64,000 nt of DNA from Camelus ferus (lineage: Eukaryota): assembly GCF_009834535.1 (NCBI RefSeq), contig NC_045696.1, positions 85,500,001-85,564,000 of the forward strand, given 5' to 3'. Shown in pieces: positions 27,078-41,369 of the stretch (position 1 is its first letter; each line of letters begins with the position of its first letter). Below the pieces are notes generated by a model. The model saw only the letters and a program-made list of their open reading frames with translations. It searched no databases and was not told the origin of the DNA. Position numbers and translations under genes: made by a program.

Positions 27078-27349
27078 AAATCAAGAAAGGTTTTCTTAGG
27101 GTTTCTTTTTCAAATGGAACAATAAACTCAAAGGGCCTATAATGGGCTCTTTTCCCCAAACTCAGATGATTAGAAGCAATCTTCAGCCATAAAGCTATCC
27201 TTTCAGCAGCAACGGAGCAGAGGTTAATGGAAACATAGGTTACTTCCAGCTGGCATGTCATAGCATAACAAAAATAAACCAACAAAACATTCTTTTCGTT
27301 GCCTAATTTCTTTTTTATGCATTTCCTTTGAAGCAATATGTAAACTCAC

Positions 27350-27452
27350 CTTCCTGATAAAATGTCCTGGTCTGTTCAACGCTATCATTCCCATAAGCCT
27401 ACCTCACCTTTAGTAGATTCTTTACTCTTCAATATTCTCTTTCGTTTAAAAT
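27350..27452 (-). pseudogene. Pseudo-exon
   Basis: AG acceptor, AAG|GTGAGT donor, 103 nt, phase 0>1: ILNEREY*RVKNLLKVR*AYGNDSVEQTRTFYQE. Confidence 0.65.
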
Positions 27453-27976
27453 CTCCAAAGAAATTTTAAAAAGCAGAATTATATTTCAATAGTCTACCAC
27501 TCTAAATTTTGGAATAATCAAGTATTGCTACATAGGCTAACATGATGAGACACCTGTCTCAGTATTAACATTCTTTACCAAGGTACCCACTTCACTTTAC
27601 TTATTAGTTCTTACATTTGCAATAAATAAAGTTATCAAAAGGTCACGGGGTATGGAATGAAACATGATTTAGGAATGTAGCATAGTATTTGACTTACAGT
27701 GATTATTTAATAAATCACAGAGAGACATTACAGGTCTATAACTTTATGCTTATTAAACTTGAAAATTATGTTAAAGTTCCTACAAAAATTATGATATAGT
27801 TCATACGAAAATGTGAACCTGTGGAGTTATACAAGACAGGAAATACCTCTACATTCTTTTATTTGCCTAGTACATGGATGAAGATGAACAGACGTGTCCT
27901 TAGGCAAGACTGTGAAGTCTTCTTTCTATAAGTCTTACTTTACGACATAACTACACAGTTTTAGTCTCTGACTTAC

Positions 27977-28040
27977 CATTTTTCTTCTCACTAGTCTTAA
28001 AACAACATGTACAACTGTTTCTTCTTCTTCAAGTCTATTT
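27977..28040 (-). pseudogene. Pseudo-exon
   Basis: T-tract + AAG acceptor, ATG|GTAAGT donor, 64 nt, phase 2>0, open: NRLEEEETVVHVVLRLVRRKM. Confidence 0.7.
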
Positions 28041-28245
28041 CTTAAAAAAAAAAATTTACAGAAGGCAACAAACACTTGGTCATTTGGTGCTTAATTTTAT
28101 TCTGTCAAGATCTTTATACTATTTTCTTGTTCAGTTCCTTGCATTCATCTCTGACTACCTGTCCCTCCTCTCTAGCCTCTTTCCTCTAAGAAAGTTTGAT
28201 CATCTGACTACATAGGAAGCTGTTTTCCAATATTAAGAAAAATAC

Positions 28246-28411
28246 CAGGATATCTGCCTGCTTTTCTTGCATTTTAATTCTTGTATTTCCTTTATCTTTT
28301 TAAAACAATTTATGTATCCACTATGGAGTTCCTTTCCTTAGCAAACGCAATCTGCTTAACAATTTCCAACTGGGAATCTCCGAATCCTTCTGGTCTTTGC
28401 TAAAGCTAGCA
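28246..28411 (-). pseudogene. Pseudo-exon
   Basis: TAG acceptor, GTATTT donor, 166 nt, phase 1>2: LALAKTRRIRRFPVGNC*ADCVC*GKELHSGYINCFKKIKEIQELKCKKSRQIS. Confidence 0.55.
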
Positions 28412-30351
28412 CTATTTAAAATGATTCTCATAAAATAAAATATATGGTCAATAAACAACTAACCAAGCAACTATGTCTTTGTGTTCATATTGCAGGTAAT
28501 ATAAGAAAGCCTAAAGTGTAGAGACTTTTAGGGGAGTGAAGCTTGCCATATTTATAAATGGACAAGGCCAGTCTCATAAAAAAGCTCATGCAGATAGGGA
28601 GCCCTAGAGAATGAAGATAGGTGGTCATCTGAAGTGTTGAAAAGAAGCAGCAACACTGAGAAAATATGTGCCCTTTGAAATTAAGCAGCTAAATGCTAGA
28701 ATGAGAAACAGAGAGCAGATTATGCCAACATGGTCAGAAGCTGGATAGAAATAAGAGAGGATATAGAAGCAATGAGGACAACTGAATGATATATAAATTG
28801 ACTTGGTCAAAAGCACAGTTTCAAGAACAGCCTGAAAAGCATTAATAAAATAATTACCATGGCATTGACTTAATGTGATAACCAAATTTTGTAATCCAAT
28901 TCAGCAAACATTCATTGAAAGCCCATTAAGTATATACATAGTATTAAATAACACATTAAGGATTATACTGTGCATTGAGAATACAAATATGACATAATTC
29001 TTATCATTACTATGTCTACTATCTAATAGAATAATCAGTAAAGTTGTCAAATATGATTTAATTTTGGAAAACTGTACCTTCTAAATTAAGGACATGGATT
29101 ATGAATTAACCTGGAGAAGTCAAAGATGATTTGCTATTTTCATGACCTATGATAAATTAGTAACATTATGAGAAAGAGTAAAATAATTCCACATGAATTC
29201 AAAACTTTAAACTGGTAAAATTAAAACAGAAATGTAAACATATTTAAGTATATATTAATCTGAAATACAGAAATCAAGTGACATTCTAAGTATAGAAACA
29301 TTTGAAGATATCACAAAGGGAAATAATGATTAATGTCCTGCACAAAATTAAACCTTTGAAATTTCTACCATTTCTTAGACATTGGTAAGATGAACAAAAA
29401 ACATATTTGTCATAGAAATAATAAATGCTTAATATTAATTCATAAGTAAGTTTAAAAACCATTGCCAAATCTATACTAAATCATCAATAGATACAGGGGC
29501 ATAAATATTCAAAAGATAATTCATTGGGCAGGAAAAAATGACTGCTAAATATTTAAATTTTCAATCACATAATTCAAAAAAGGTTAATTTAAAGAATAAT
29601 GATATGTTATTTCCCTACTGATTTACCAAAACTTAAAAAAAAAAAGTTACCATGTCTGTTAAGAGTCAACAAAGAGAAATTCAAGATAATAGAAGAAAAG
29701 TAAATATGACAATTACCTTTTTAAGTAAACAAAAAGGTATTTGAGCTAAAGCTTAGTTAAAGATACTTGCTTTAAAGTGCTTTCTTTCCTCAGACTTCAG
29801 GGAAGGATGAAACCAAATGTAAGCAGAGACAGTGATCGACTGAAATGAGGTGAAATCAGAGAGCTTGGGTCAAGTGTCTTGATTTTGGCTAAATGAAAGG
29901 CAAGATTAACAGCTAGAAGTAAAGAAGAATATTGAGAACTCAGAATAGGGAAAACCCCAAGCAGTTAATGAAAGGAGGCTGCCAAAGAGCAGCAAGAATA
30001 AAAGTTATATTTGGACTTGGTAAATTTATGCTGGGCCAAGTCTGTTAGTTTGTAGGATTTTCTTCTCTCCACTCTTCTCCAGCAGTTACTCTCTTATCTA
30101 CTTACAAATTGAATTCTTAAGTGATTAAAGACCAACAGTGTGTCAAGGAAGGGCAACAATAAAATAATGTCTCTCAGAGCCCAAGAATAAAAGAGTCCAC
30201 TGAAGCAAGGGTAATGCTAATATTTGAAGAAAAGGTGTTGAGCCCTTGCAGGTTCTGGGTGAAATGAAAATGAAATGATTTCTAAAGAGAATAGGATACA
30301 CTGAGAAACATATAATTGGTAATTCTGAAGGATGAAGTGGTGTCATGGTAC

Positions 30352-30489
30352 CTTTAAGTCACCTAATTATGAGCTGGCATAGTCCTTCTAACACCATTTT
30401 AATAGTGAACTAAAACTTGAACTGGTCTTTTCATGGTGTTTCAGCCGTGTTGAAGTTTATCTATGCTTCTATTTCTTACAGGCATTTAT
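30352..30489 (-). pseudogene. Pseudo-exon
   Basis: catttttag acceptor, AAG|GTACCA donor, 138 nt, phase 1>1: KCL*EIEA*INFNTAETP*KDQFKF*FTIKMVLEGLCQLIIR*LK. Confidence 0.55.
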
Positions 30490-31836
30490 CTAAAAATGCA
30501 AAGGTCTAAGTTTATTAGAAATACAGTGGGATGCTAGGGAACTCATCAAGTTCAAAACGTTCACTAGTTAAAAGGCCAACCAATATTCCATTTCTTCTGA
30601 GCCCTTTGGATGTGGTGTGTTCTGACACCTGCCACAATGGTTCCAGGTACAGATATTTCCTTGGCCTGCCTCCCCTCTCCCCAACTCAAAGCACACATAG
30701 ATTTCTATCTTGGAAGTGTCCCAAATTTTCTTGCCATGTTTTCCACCTTGCAGATTCACACTCTAAAGGAATATTCACCCATTAACTGATAGATCCTAAA
30801 TTTGCCCCTGATACTTATTAGTTCTGTGACCTTGGGGAAATCATTTCATCTTTCTGTACCTCAATTTGTGTGCAAAAATGAATATTACAAATACATTTAG
30901 AATAACATACATGAAAGTACTCAGTGGACAGTGCAGTCTTAGTAAACAGTAGTGTCCTTCCTTCTCCCTCTCGACAGACATTTACTGCTCAAAACCTCCT
31001 AGATTTTCTCCTCTGAGGATTTGTCTCCAACTCTTCCACAGGCCTCCTCAAATCTCAAATTTCCTTTCCTGGAAGACTCTTCTACCCACAAATTTTCCTC
31101 AGGTCCCTCACCATCATAAACAATTTCCCCTCATTTTCTCACCAACTCCCCCAAATTACCTCATTTCTTTTTAGTTCTAATAGATTGCCAGCCAATTTGA
31201 CACTCACCATGTGAGACTTCCTTTGTGAACTGCTTCATCAGGGTTGAGGGTGAGTGCTTGTGGCTCTTTGTGGTTCTCTTTAGTTCTCAGGCTCCTAGAA
31301 TCAGGAGTTAAAAGAGGCTGGAGGAGCACACGGTGGTCAGTGATTTCATAGGAAGTCCTGTTGGTTGACTGCTGTGAAATGAAGAAAAGCAGCAGTAAAT
31401 AATTTGAATAAATATAGATTACAGTAAAGCAGAGTATACCTATAGAATAAAATTGAGCAGTTAATTAACATAGTATGCAGCCTTCAGGAAATGTAATTAT
31501 TTATTTGTAAGAAAATAGCAACTTCTTTATAAAATGAAGAGATTTAAACTTACACACATTCCAGGTTAGTCCTAAAAGAACTGTAACATTAACTTCATAT
31601 GCAATTTTCAATTTTCTAATAGCCATATTGAAAAAAAATTAAAAAGTAAAATTATTTTAAATACATATTTTATTTAATACAACATATCCAAAATGTCATT
31701 TCAACTCAGAGTCAATAAAAAATGATGAGATATTTCACATCACTTTTTTTTTTTTCACTCAAGCCTTCCAAATTCAGGGGTGATGTTAGAGATGATGAAA
31801 AATCTACACACTGATGTTGATTAGGTAGATACAAGT

Positions 31837-32335
31837 TGTGGTAGGCTGATAATAGCATCTCTTCCCTCACCAAAAAAGTAGTCCATATCCTAATCCTTGG
31901 AACCTGTGAATGTTACCTTACATGTCAGCAAAAGGCTCTGCACACTTAATTGTATTAAAGATCTTGAGATGGGGACATCTTCCTGGATTACCAGAATAGG
32001 CTTTAAATATAATTGCATGTATCCTTAAAGAGAGGAAAGCAGAGAGAGATTTTATGACAGAGGAAGAAAAGAAGTAAACAATGTGATGACAGAAACAGAA
32101 ACTAGAATGATGTGGCCATGTGCCAAGGAGTATTAGCAGCCCCCAGAAGCTGGAATAGGCAAGGAGCAAATTCTATCCTAGAGCCTCCAGAGATAATGTG
32201 GACATGATAACACCCTGATTTAGGCCCAGTAGTATTTATTGGACTTCTGGCATCCAGAACTGTGAAAGAGTTTCTGTTGTTTTAAACCACCAAGTCTGTG
32301 GTAAAGTGTTATAACAGCTACAAGAAACTAATACA
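31837..32335 (+). mobile_element. MaLR solo LTR (MLT1C/D-like) with 5-bp TSD
   Basis: TG...CA ends (tgtggtaggc ... gaaactaataca); TSD caagt at 31832-31836 and 32336-32340. Confidence 0.9.
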
Positions 32336-32811
32336 CAAGTAATTTAGAGTAAAGTAATAGTATTACATACTCTCCTTTGTTGTTAATATCTAGACAAAGG
32401 CCATTGGTCCTATTCCCAGAAACTGTCAATGAAATGCTCAACAAATACTAGTGCTCAAAATGTCTTACCTAATCTTTCATCTCACATGATTTCAGGTACT
32501 GCCCATATGCTGAAAACTTCCAAATATGTATTTCTATCTTTCAACACTCTCCTGTACTCCAGAGCACTATTTCCAAACATCTTCCGGGCACTGCCACTCA
32601 GATATACCACAGCTATCAACAACTGATCATGGGCAAGTTAAACTCATCAACACTCAAAATTACCTCTTCCTTCCTAGATGAGTTAATTCACCCATATCCA
32701 GGGTGAATTTACCTATCATTTGGCTTAAGAAAGCAGTAGTTTATCCTTGATGTTCCTACATCCTATTCACTTTAGCACTTGTACCAAATTTTCAAAATCT
32801 TTTTTATTTTT

Positions 32812-32956
32812 AAGAATTCTTATTATGGATTGCTTTATCATTATTTCGGTATGGTAAACATCCACTTTTTTGCTTCCAGGTTTGGCCATGGTATAATCCA
32901 GTAGTGTGTGAGAACCAGTTAAGTAAACAGAATATTCCCTTTAGCATGTAAATAAT
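32812..32956 (-). pseudogene. Pseudo-exon; donor uncertain
   Basis: C-tract + AG acceptor, open phase 0: IIYMLKGIFCLLNWFSHTTGLYHGQTWKQKSGCLPYRNNDKAIHNKNS (ORF 32810..33103). Confidence 0.55.
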
Positions 32957-33536
32957 CTGGGGGGGGGGGGGAAGACTAGTTGTAACACTTCTATCTTTTC
33001 CTGATCCTTTCCAGAGACAAGGGAACTTGGTATTATATGCATGAAAAAACAAAGTTTTCTCCGATATTAAACAACACAGACAGGTACCTCTTTTTGGTCT
33101 CAAGTGGTGATAGAGGAGTATTTGACATTATTGCCCCTGCACCATTTGCTGTCTCAGCCCGTGGTCCCTGGCCTGTCTTATGGCCTGTGAGTTTCACAAA
33201 ACTGTTAAGACTCCATTTAGTGGAGGGTCATATGAAATGTAGGAAAACAGAAGTTAAGTGTACATGAAATATACGTAGGAAATAGAGGATGAGGGGTCCT
33301 GCTAGAGTTTGTAGTGGCCTCCACACCTTTGCTATAGTGGTTACTGTCATATATTTTAGGCTAAATATTTACAACCAATAATTTCACTCATTTCTGAAAC
33401 TTTCATTTTGCAGTAAACTCTTTTAGTAGCAAAGAACCAAGATATTTAAAATCCAAGAAATAGGTGTTTAATGAAAAATTTAGTAGTAAAGGTTGTTATG
33501 ACTTGCACAAAATGTTTGTTGACATTCATCACTCAC

Positions 33537-33589
33537 CATATGTGGGGTTATAGTGATACCAAAGACCACATAAAAATCAAATCATAAAT
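33537..33589 (-). pseudogene. Pseudo-exon (1-nt deletion)
   Basis: ctctcctacag acceptor, ATG|GTGAGT donor, 53 nt: IYD/DFYVVFGITITPHM. Confidence 0.65.
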
Positions 33590-34809
33590 CTGTAGGAGAG
33601 GCAATAGCAAATTTTAAAAAGAAAATTAAAAAAAATTAAATTTGAATCACTATGCTATATACTATCATAATATTGTAACTCAAGTATATTTCAATAAAAA
33701 TAAAAAGCAAAGATCCAGATGGCAATAGGTCTTGATTTAATTAAAATAGTTAAAGTGAACTGATCTCTCTTTGGAACGTGACTTTTCGTTTAGATTAAAT
33801 GACTATTCTAAATTAATTTCACCCTTTTTTAATCTCAAGTTTTTCTGTGTATATACAAAAAGTATAGCAACAACTGCTGATGAGTTGGCTCTAGCTCCCA
33901 AAGAAGCACTTTGCAAATGGTTAGGGACATGAGGTTTAATTTAATCTCAATAGTTGCGTCACATAGTAAATTAGACTAATCCCAATAATAATATTCTTAT
34001 CTAATTCATGGGCTCTAAGTAAAGCTTTTGGAACTTAATTATTCTATGGTGAAACATCCAAGATTACTGTGATGATGATTCTAACATAATTAAAATTTCA
34101 AACTTGAAGATTAAAATTACAGGCTTTTAGGGAGATAAAAATATAAATGTTTTAAATTACAAAGTCATAGTTAAGATAATAATCTTTGGAGTTGGTTTTA
34201 TATATATGCAAAATTAATAACTATATCTAAATAATATACAATATTTTACCAATCTAATATACCAAGCAGTATATTATCACTTCTGTACACACACAAACAC
34301 ATTTTACACATTAAAAGGTTTTCACACTTTCTCTGTTGCTCACCCTCATTGAATGTATGGAAATGTTTAAGCCTTTAAAAAGCAATCTTGTAAACCAATC
34401 TAATTGTCTTACAATGATACTGAACTATGTTGTAAAACGGTTTTCTAAATTTTGATTAATTTTTTCAAACTTCTTTTGTTAGAAATCTTTTTAAATTGTA
34501 AAAAAAAAAAAATAGGTCAACTTTGACATTTTCAGATAATTGAAACTTTTGAAACAAAAATTTGGAAATGTAAAGAATAAAACTTTTTTCATACAGAAAC
34601 AAATCAAAATAAAAGGACTTGGAAAATCAGATGAGAGCTCAAACAGGGTACATAATTTATTTTTGAAAATCTATAATTAAGCTACAGAATAACTTGCACT
34701 CTGACAATAACTCTTAAAGTCTCCTTTTTAAATTGAATATATTAACAGTCTGTAGAACAGAATAAAATTGAGAAAGCCTTTTTTTTTATTTAAAATTGAG
34801 AAAACTGAC

Positions 34810-35245
34810 TTTTTTTTATAGTCAGTTTACAATGTTGTGTCAATTTCCAGCATAGAGCACAATTTTTCAGTTATACATGAACAAACATATATTCATTGTC
34901 ACATTCTTTTTCACCATGAGCTACCACAAGATCTTGTACATATTTCCCTGTGCTACACAGTATAATCTTGTTTATCTATTCTATATATACCTGTCAGTAT
35001 CTACAAATTTTGAACTCCTGGTCTGTTCCTTCCCACCTTCCTCCCCCTTGGCAACCACAACTTTGTATTCTACATCTATAAGTCTGTTTCTGTTTTGTAT
35101 TTATGTTCGTTTGTCTTTTTCTTTCTTTCTTTCTATTTTTTTTTTTAGATTCTGTATATGAGCAATCTCATATGGTATTTTTCTTTCTCTTTCTAGCTTG
35201 CTTCATTTAGAATGACATTCTCTAGGGACATCAATGTTGCTGCAA
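34810..35245 (-). mobile_element. Young LINE-1 3' end fragment
   Basis: Reverse complement of the same 3' UTR family as 4600-4940 and 51300-51800. Confidence 0.85.
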
Positions 35246-35463
35246 TATTTTCTCCATCATCTAAGTCTGACAAGACACTGAAAAAATCATACAGCATATT
35301 ATTTGATGAGTTTTGTTATCTAAAAGTATTTATTATAGAAAGTTACTATGAAGAAAGGTAAAATAGCAATGCTGATAAAAAACACCTGGGCTAAAATTTT
35401 TGTATGTTTCAATAAAAAAAGGTGGAATGAAGACTATCATTTGTTTAGCAGAATTACATGTAC

Positions 35464-35571
35464 CTTAGGGAAAATACAGAAAAATTCTTCACTAAAAATA
35501 TTCCTGGCCTACAGAACTTTAACAATAAAAGCAATCAACTACTTCAATTCTATTATCAATAATATGCAACA
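35464..35571 (-). pseudogene. Pseudo-exon (S2-like; frameshifted)
   Basis: ctttttcag acceptor, AAG|GTACAT donor: LHIIDNRIEVVD / IAFIVKVL*ARNIFSEEFFCIFPK. Confidence 0.55.
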
Positions 35572-35689
35572 CTGAAAAAGACTGCAAGCAATTTAATTTT
35601 TAAAAAATTTATCTCAACACACTAAAAAATGGTTTGAATTTATCTGAACATATTAAAAATGCATAGCTAAGAAACTGACTTGTTTTCTA

Positions 35690-37215
35690 TTTGTTTTATT
35701 CCTTATGCTGTAATATTATGCTTTCCTGGCTTATTTATTTTATACCAGCAGATTTGTACCTCTTAATCCCCTCGACCTATTGCACCCCTATCTTCCTCCC
35801 TTCTAGCATCCACCTGTTTGTTTTCTGTATCTATGGGTCTGTTATCATTTTGCTTGGTTTGTTTTGTTTTTTAAATTCCATATATAAGTGAGATCATACA
35901 GTAATTGTCTTTCTCTGTCCAATTTATTTCAATCAGCATATGTTGTCACAAATGGCAAGATTTCATTCTTTTTTGTGGTTGAATGATATTCCATAATATT
36001 CTTCATGGAAATACCCAGAAGTGAAATTGCTGGATCATAAAGTAGTTCTATTTTTAATTTTTTGAGGAAACTCTATACTGTTTTCCATAGTGATTACACC
36101 AATTTACATTCCCACCTGTGCATGAGGATTCTCTTTTCTCTTCATCCTCACTAAAACTTGTTATTTGTTGTCTTTGTATAACTACCATTCTGACAGGTGT
36201 AATAAGGTGGTATCTCACTATGGTTTTGATCTCATTTCCCTGATGATTAGTGATGCCATCGTTCCATGTAACTGTTGGCCATTGGTATATCTTCTTTGGA
36301 AAAATGTCTATTCAGATCCTTTGCCCACTTTTAAATTAGATTATTTGTATTCTGATGTTGAGTTGTAAGAGTTCTTTGTATATTTTGCATATTTACTCCT
36401 TATTAAATATATCATCTGCAAATATTTCTCCAATTCAGTTGGCTGCTTTTGTTACATTGATAATTTCCTTTGCTGTGCAAAAGCTTTTTTGTTTGATGTA
36501 GTCTTATCTGTTTATTTTTGGTTTTCTTGCCCTTGCCTGAGAAGTTAGATCCAAAAAAATATTGTTAAAACCACTGCCAAAGGGTGTACTGCCTGCCTGT
36601 TTTCTTCCAGGAGTTTTATGGTTTCAGGTCTAACATTTATGTTTTTAATCTATCATGAGTTTATTTTTGCATATAGTGTGAGAAAGTAATCCAGTTTCAC
36701 TCTTCTGCATGTAGCTGTCTAGTTTTCACAACAACATTTATTTAAGAGGCTGTCTTTTCCTCCATTGTATATTCTTGTCATTTGTCACTATTGCTCATAT
36801 AAGCATGGGTTTATTTCTGGGCTCTCCATTCTGATGTATGATCTGTGTATCTTTGTACCAGTATCACACTGCTTCAATTACTATAGCTTTGTAGTATAGT
36901 TTGAAACCAGGGAACATGATACTTCCAGCTTTGTTCTTCTTTCTCAAAATTACTTGGGCTATTTGGGGTCTTCCTTGTTTCCAAACAAATTTTAGATTTG
37001 TTCTAGTTCTATGAAAAATGCCTTTGATGTTTTGCACTGAATCTGTAGATTGCCTTGGGTAGGATGGTCACTTTAGCAATATCAATTCTTCCAATCCATG
37101 TGCATGGTATAGCTTTCCATCTGTTTGTGTCATCTTCAATTTCTTTTATCAGTGTCTTAGAAATTTTAGAATACAAATCTTTTACTTCTTCATTTAGATG
37201 TATTCCTAGGTATTT
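35690..37215 (-). mobile_element. LINE-1 3' fragment (ORF2 C-terminal + 3' UTR)
   Basis: Minus peptide KYLGIHLNEEVKDLY...[20 protein letters not shown]. Confidence 0.9.
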
Positions 37216-38357
37216 TAGAAACTGGTTAAAATACATGAATGTGAAACAAAGATAATAATTCTACTTATATAATTTTCTACTTATATACATTACTTATATA
37301 ATGTGTTGCTTTGCTTTGATATATATTGCTACAGTTTTACTTGCATAAATAATTTTAATAGCTTTTGAGTAAAAGTATTTTATCAACCCACAAGTATAAA
37401 AATCAACAAATTCATCAAGAAAAAATAGCAACGTTACAGAAGTTTGATTATTTTAGAATCCCTTTCCACTTTCAGAAGTGTTCTGATTTGGATTAAAAAA
37501 TTATAGTCTTCCTGTCCAAACCTGAAATCATGAAGCCATCTGGAAGGCTTCCTTCTCTCTCACTGTTTTGACCCCACATGCAATAGATTACTGCATTCCA
37601 GCATTTTTTTCACCACATTTTCCCATTTATCTTCACTGGCTTAAATTAGGTCTTCACTATGTCTTGTAAAACTATGTGATAACCTCCTACTTCATGTCTC
37701 TGCCTCTACTTTACACACCCTCAATGCATTAGATCTATTGCTCTCATATGAATTTTCAAAACTGAAAATCAGATTTTATTATTCAAGTGCTATATTAGCA
37801 TCAGGGCTGTTATTTTAACCATAGTCTAAACTCCAAACTCCTTAAGTGAAATTACAAAGTGTTCCATGACTTAGTTTATGCCTTTTTCTTCATCATATAT
37901 CTTATCCCACCTCACTCATCTCAGGCTATATACCCCTCCTCTTTGCCTTTGCAAATGATTTTTTTCTCTCTTCTACAATAAGCAACTCTGTCCTAAGTGC
38001 TTGGAAATCTTGTTGGGCTTCAGAAACCTAGACCAAGTGATTTTTTTTCCTAAAGCCTTCCTTGCCTATGTGAAAAGTTAAAATTACACTTTTCTTTGTC
38101 CAACACTATATATGATTTGTGCATGGGGGTTTGTGTGTGCAGCAACACTTTTCATAGTAGATTTTAATCATCATTTTTAAGTTCTCCTCACTGGCTGAAT
38201 ACCAAAATGTGATATTTAGCTTTGTATTTACAATGCCGAGTGAAAAAAGATACTCAGTGCCCTTGTTTCCTGAGTAGATGAATGGATGAATGAACGATCA
38301 CACTATTTAAGCTTAGTTATTTATACTTTAGCATGTTATGTGTTTCTTATGGCTACA

Positions 38358-38570
38358 CATGAACACACAAAATCAATGTGAAACTCAGAAAATATACTAT
38401 GCAAAAACTAAACCGATAAAGAATAATAAAGGATTCACACAGTTTTATTTGCCAGATGTGTGTACTTTTTTCATTTGTTTTGATTCCTAGATTTGGAAGT
38501 TTGCCCTCAACAATGTTGATCACTGAATCTGTCAAAAACACTTGCATTTGTGTATTTAATCAAATAATTT
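38358..38570 (-). pseudogene. Candidate pseudo-exon (S1-like 3' part)
   Basis: TAG acceptor; NYLIKYTNASVFDRFSDQHC, then ORF 38353..38547 ending HIWQIKLCESFIILYRFSFCIVYFLSFTLILCVH. Boundaries uncertain. Confidence 0.35.
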
Positions 38571-38757
38571 CTAAATTATTTAATAATCTAATTTTACCTT
38601 ACATTATCATTGTCCAGTACAAATGGCATAAAATGTACTGCATATCAAAACTAATTTTGATATCATAATTTATTTTGTATCAGGATTCTCTTATTACAGT
38701 AACTCTAACAAATATAATTTCTTTTGTCAGGTTGTATAACTGATATAAATGCATTAC

Positions 38758-38939
38758 TTAAAACATAAGTTGGGTGTTAAAATTCAGCATAGAGAATCTA
38801 TTTATTTGTGATTGCCCAAAGTCCTATCTGTGATTTCAACTTGGTCAAGAAACAGCCTAGAAGCATCCAATAATTTATTTCACTTGCATCTTCCAAATCT
38901 ATACTTTCTGTATCTTCTTCTTTTATTTCTCCAAGTTAG
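38758..38939 (-). pseudogene. Pseudo-exon (acidic linker; frameshifted)
   Basis: TAG acceptor; LGEIKEEDTESIDLEDASE / KLLDASRLFLDQVEITDRTLGNHK. Donor uncertain. Confidence 0.45.
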
Positions 38940-39648
38940 CTATTTAGAAATTTTGGTAGGTATATAAGTATAGAATAGATAGAAAGTAGTCAAAATTATT
39001 ATTTGCTACTTGATGGTATATTAATTCTGAATTCTGCCTTCTAATCCCATAAACCGTGGATTCAGATTTGTATGTATGTTTGTGAGTGTGGGAGTTCTGG
39101 AATCTTCTACGGACTCCATTAAATTTGATGATAATCACGATGTAAATTGGTGATGATAAAGATGACCATAATGACGACATAATAATTTTTTGAATTTCTT
39201 TACAAAATATCATGATTTCATATTTAGGTGTTAGACTCACATTATTAATTAAAGAACTAAATTGAAGAGAAATGACTTGACTAAGGACACTATCCCTAGA
39301 GGAGGCAGGACATAAACTCAGACCAAATCTAATATTCTTTCTGCTATATATATGATTAATGAGACTATTTGATTACATCTGAACCTTACAAATATGGAAA
39401 TACCCTGATACAATACGCTTATAATGTATTGTATAATACATTTATAATGTTGAATTAATGTCTTTAGTATAAAATTCTTCCTTGAATTATGAAATAGAAA
39501 AATTACACCCCTTTAAAAAATAGCAGATTTTCCCACTTTAAAATATAATGCAGTCCACTGAGCATTATCCATTAAGAGGACAATAATATAGATCCAGAGA
39601 AGACTACTTATAAATATTACCAATTCTCCTAAAGTTAAGAACACATAC

Positions 39649-39731
39649 TGCATTTCCAGGCACTTGGGCAATTTAAGCCAATTTGGAATTTTAAGAACTA
39701 TGAACAAATTCTTTCCAAATAGCAACATTAA
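39649..39731 (-). pseudogene. Pseudo-exon (probable frameshift)
   Basis: attttgtag acceptor, GTATGT donor, 83 nt: NVAIWKEFVHSS / LKIPNWLKLPKCLEM. Confidence 0.55.
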
Positions 39732-40207
39732 CTACAAAATCAGCATAAAGACAAGAGAGCAGAGGTCCAAGAGCCATGAACATATAAAAAAATTATTTAA
39801 AACAATATTTCTTATTAGTTGTCTTACAGAATAAATATTTAAAATTGAAAAATTCTTCAGTAAACACTAAGATCAGGCTAATCTGTCTGTACAGAAAAAA
39901 TGAAGTATACAAAAAATAGTTGAGAATATGAACATCATTCTAATTATTAAGAGCTATAGCTAAAAATAATCCCTAAATTGATATTCTCCCATTTCTAAGT
40001 GAGTTAAGATGTAATTTGTTAAAATCTTTTTCCCAAATAGTTTGCTTGAGAAACGCTATTTTGTGACAGCACCCAACTAGCTCTACTGACATCGAAAGTG
40101 AGACACTGCCTAAATCATGGGCTCCGTTTCACTGCATAAACAGCCAGTCAGTAGTTTTTTGGTGGAGAGACCGGTAATGATCATACAGTTAAATGATAGC
40201 TACATAC

Positions 40208-40373
40208 CTGCCAGGTTACTGTGATTTTTGGCATCCTTGGCATACACTTTTAATTTGGCCAAATACTATTTCACTTGCTGCCATATCATTCCCAGAGGTA
40301 CTCTTTGGTTTTCTAAATTGATCTGACATCTGCAGTGCTTCCAGGAATAAGGTTTAAAAATATAACAGTGATT
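40208..40373 (-). pseudogene. Pseudo-exon
   Basis: ttttcctatccacag acceptor, CAG|GTATGT donor, 166 nt, phase 0>1, one stop: NHCYIFKPYSWKHCRCQINLENQRVPLGMIWQQVK*YLAKLKVYAKDAKNHSNLA. Confidence 0.7.
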
Positions 40374-41189
40374 CTGTGGATAGGAAAATGGAGACCCGGG
40401 GATTCTATATACAATTTTTTTTTCACTGCGTGTTACAATACATTCCCTCTCTATAACAAGCTTTTCTTTAAAATACGTATCTACTCTTCATCTAAGCTTT
40501 AGAGCAAAGTATAAATATATGATGACAGTTCAAAGCACTATAGCCACGTTGATTAAAATTTTATGTAGTTGAATATCAGTTTTTTTTAAAGAGCAGCTTT
40601 TAAAAACTATCTCTCTACATTGTAGTCAAATATAAATTCCATGAATTTATTACTCTCAATTTAATCTCCCTAATATATCCCTTGATTTAACTTTGAAGTT
40701 CTGGTTTTACCTCACTTTCCCTAACTATACCCAGGATATTCATGTTTATGTTGTCTCATTTTTTATAGACTTTCTAAAAACAAGTTTGATAATTACACTT
40801 TTTTACCTAACTATATTATTTTCTGTTCACAATTTCCCAGGATTATTCTTCTAAATCTGGCACTATTTGAAAGTATCCATTTTTCCTTTTTTTTATTTTT
40901 GCTATTTTCATTGTTTTGTAGATTTCTACTCTTGGTTATTTACTTGCTATGTACCAGATTTTCTTTTTAGTATAGGTTTGTCTCTTTTCTCAGTCTGTTT
41001 ATTTCTAATTTGCTACAAAATTTTCACAAATATATATATATATGTGTGTGTGTAAATATATATATCTTTTTTATTCATTGAGGCTTTATTTTAAATAACT
41101 TCAAAAACAAAAAGTTATCCTTGTTAACTTAATTCTTTTCCAAGTGGGACACTGTGTTGATTTAGACTAGCATTTCCAAAGGTTAATAC

Positions 41190-41290
41190 GTTAAAAGAGG
41201 AGGAAAACTTTCCAGGGCCAACTAACTTTAGGATTCATTTGAATAAATATGATAATCAAGATTCTTTACTGCAAAACTTTACAGAATAGA
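41190..41290 (-). pseudogene. Pseudo-exon
   Basis: cttttttag acceptor, GTATTA donor, 101 nt, phase 1>0: YSVKFCSKES*LSYLFK*ILKLVGPGKFSSSFN. Confidence 0.55.
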
Positions 41291-41369
41291 CTAAAAAAGC
41301 TTTCTAAATCTCTAAAAGAATCTTCCAAACTCTCTTGCCCTCCAAAATCTTTTTGTATCCAGGACTCAC

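Noticed and set aside
32959..32971. G13 run, possible G-quadruplex
   Set aside because: It is the polypyrimidine tract of a minus-strand acceptor.
40217..40330. Small ATG-initiated ORF MSDQFRKPK... on the minus strand
   Set aside because: Alternative frame of a pseudo-exon; splice phases favour the other frame.
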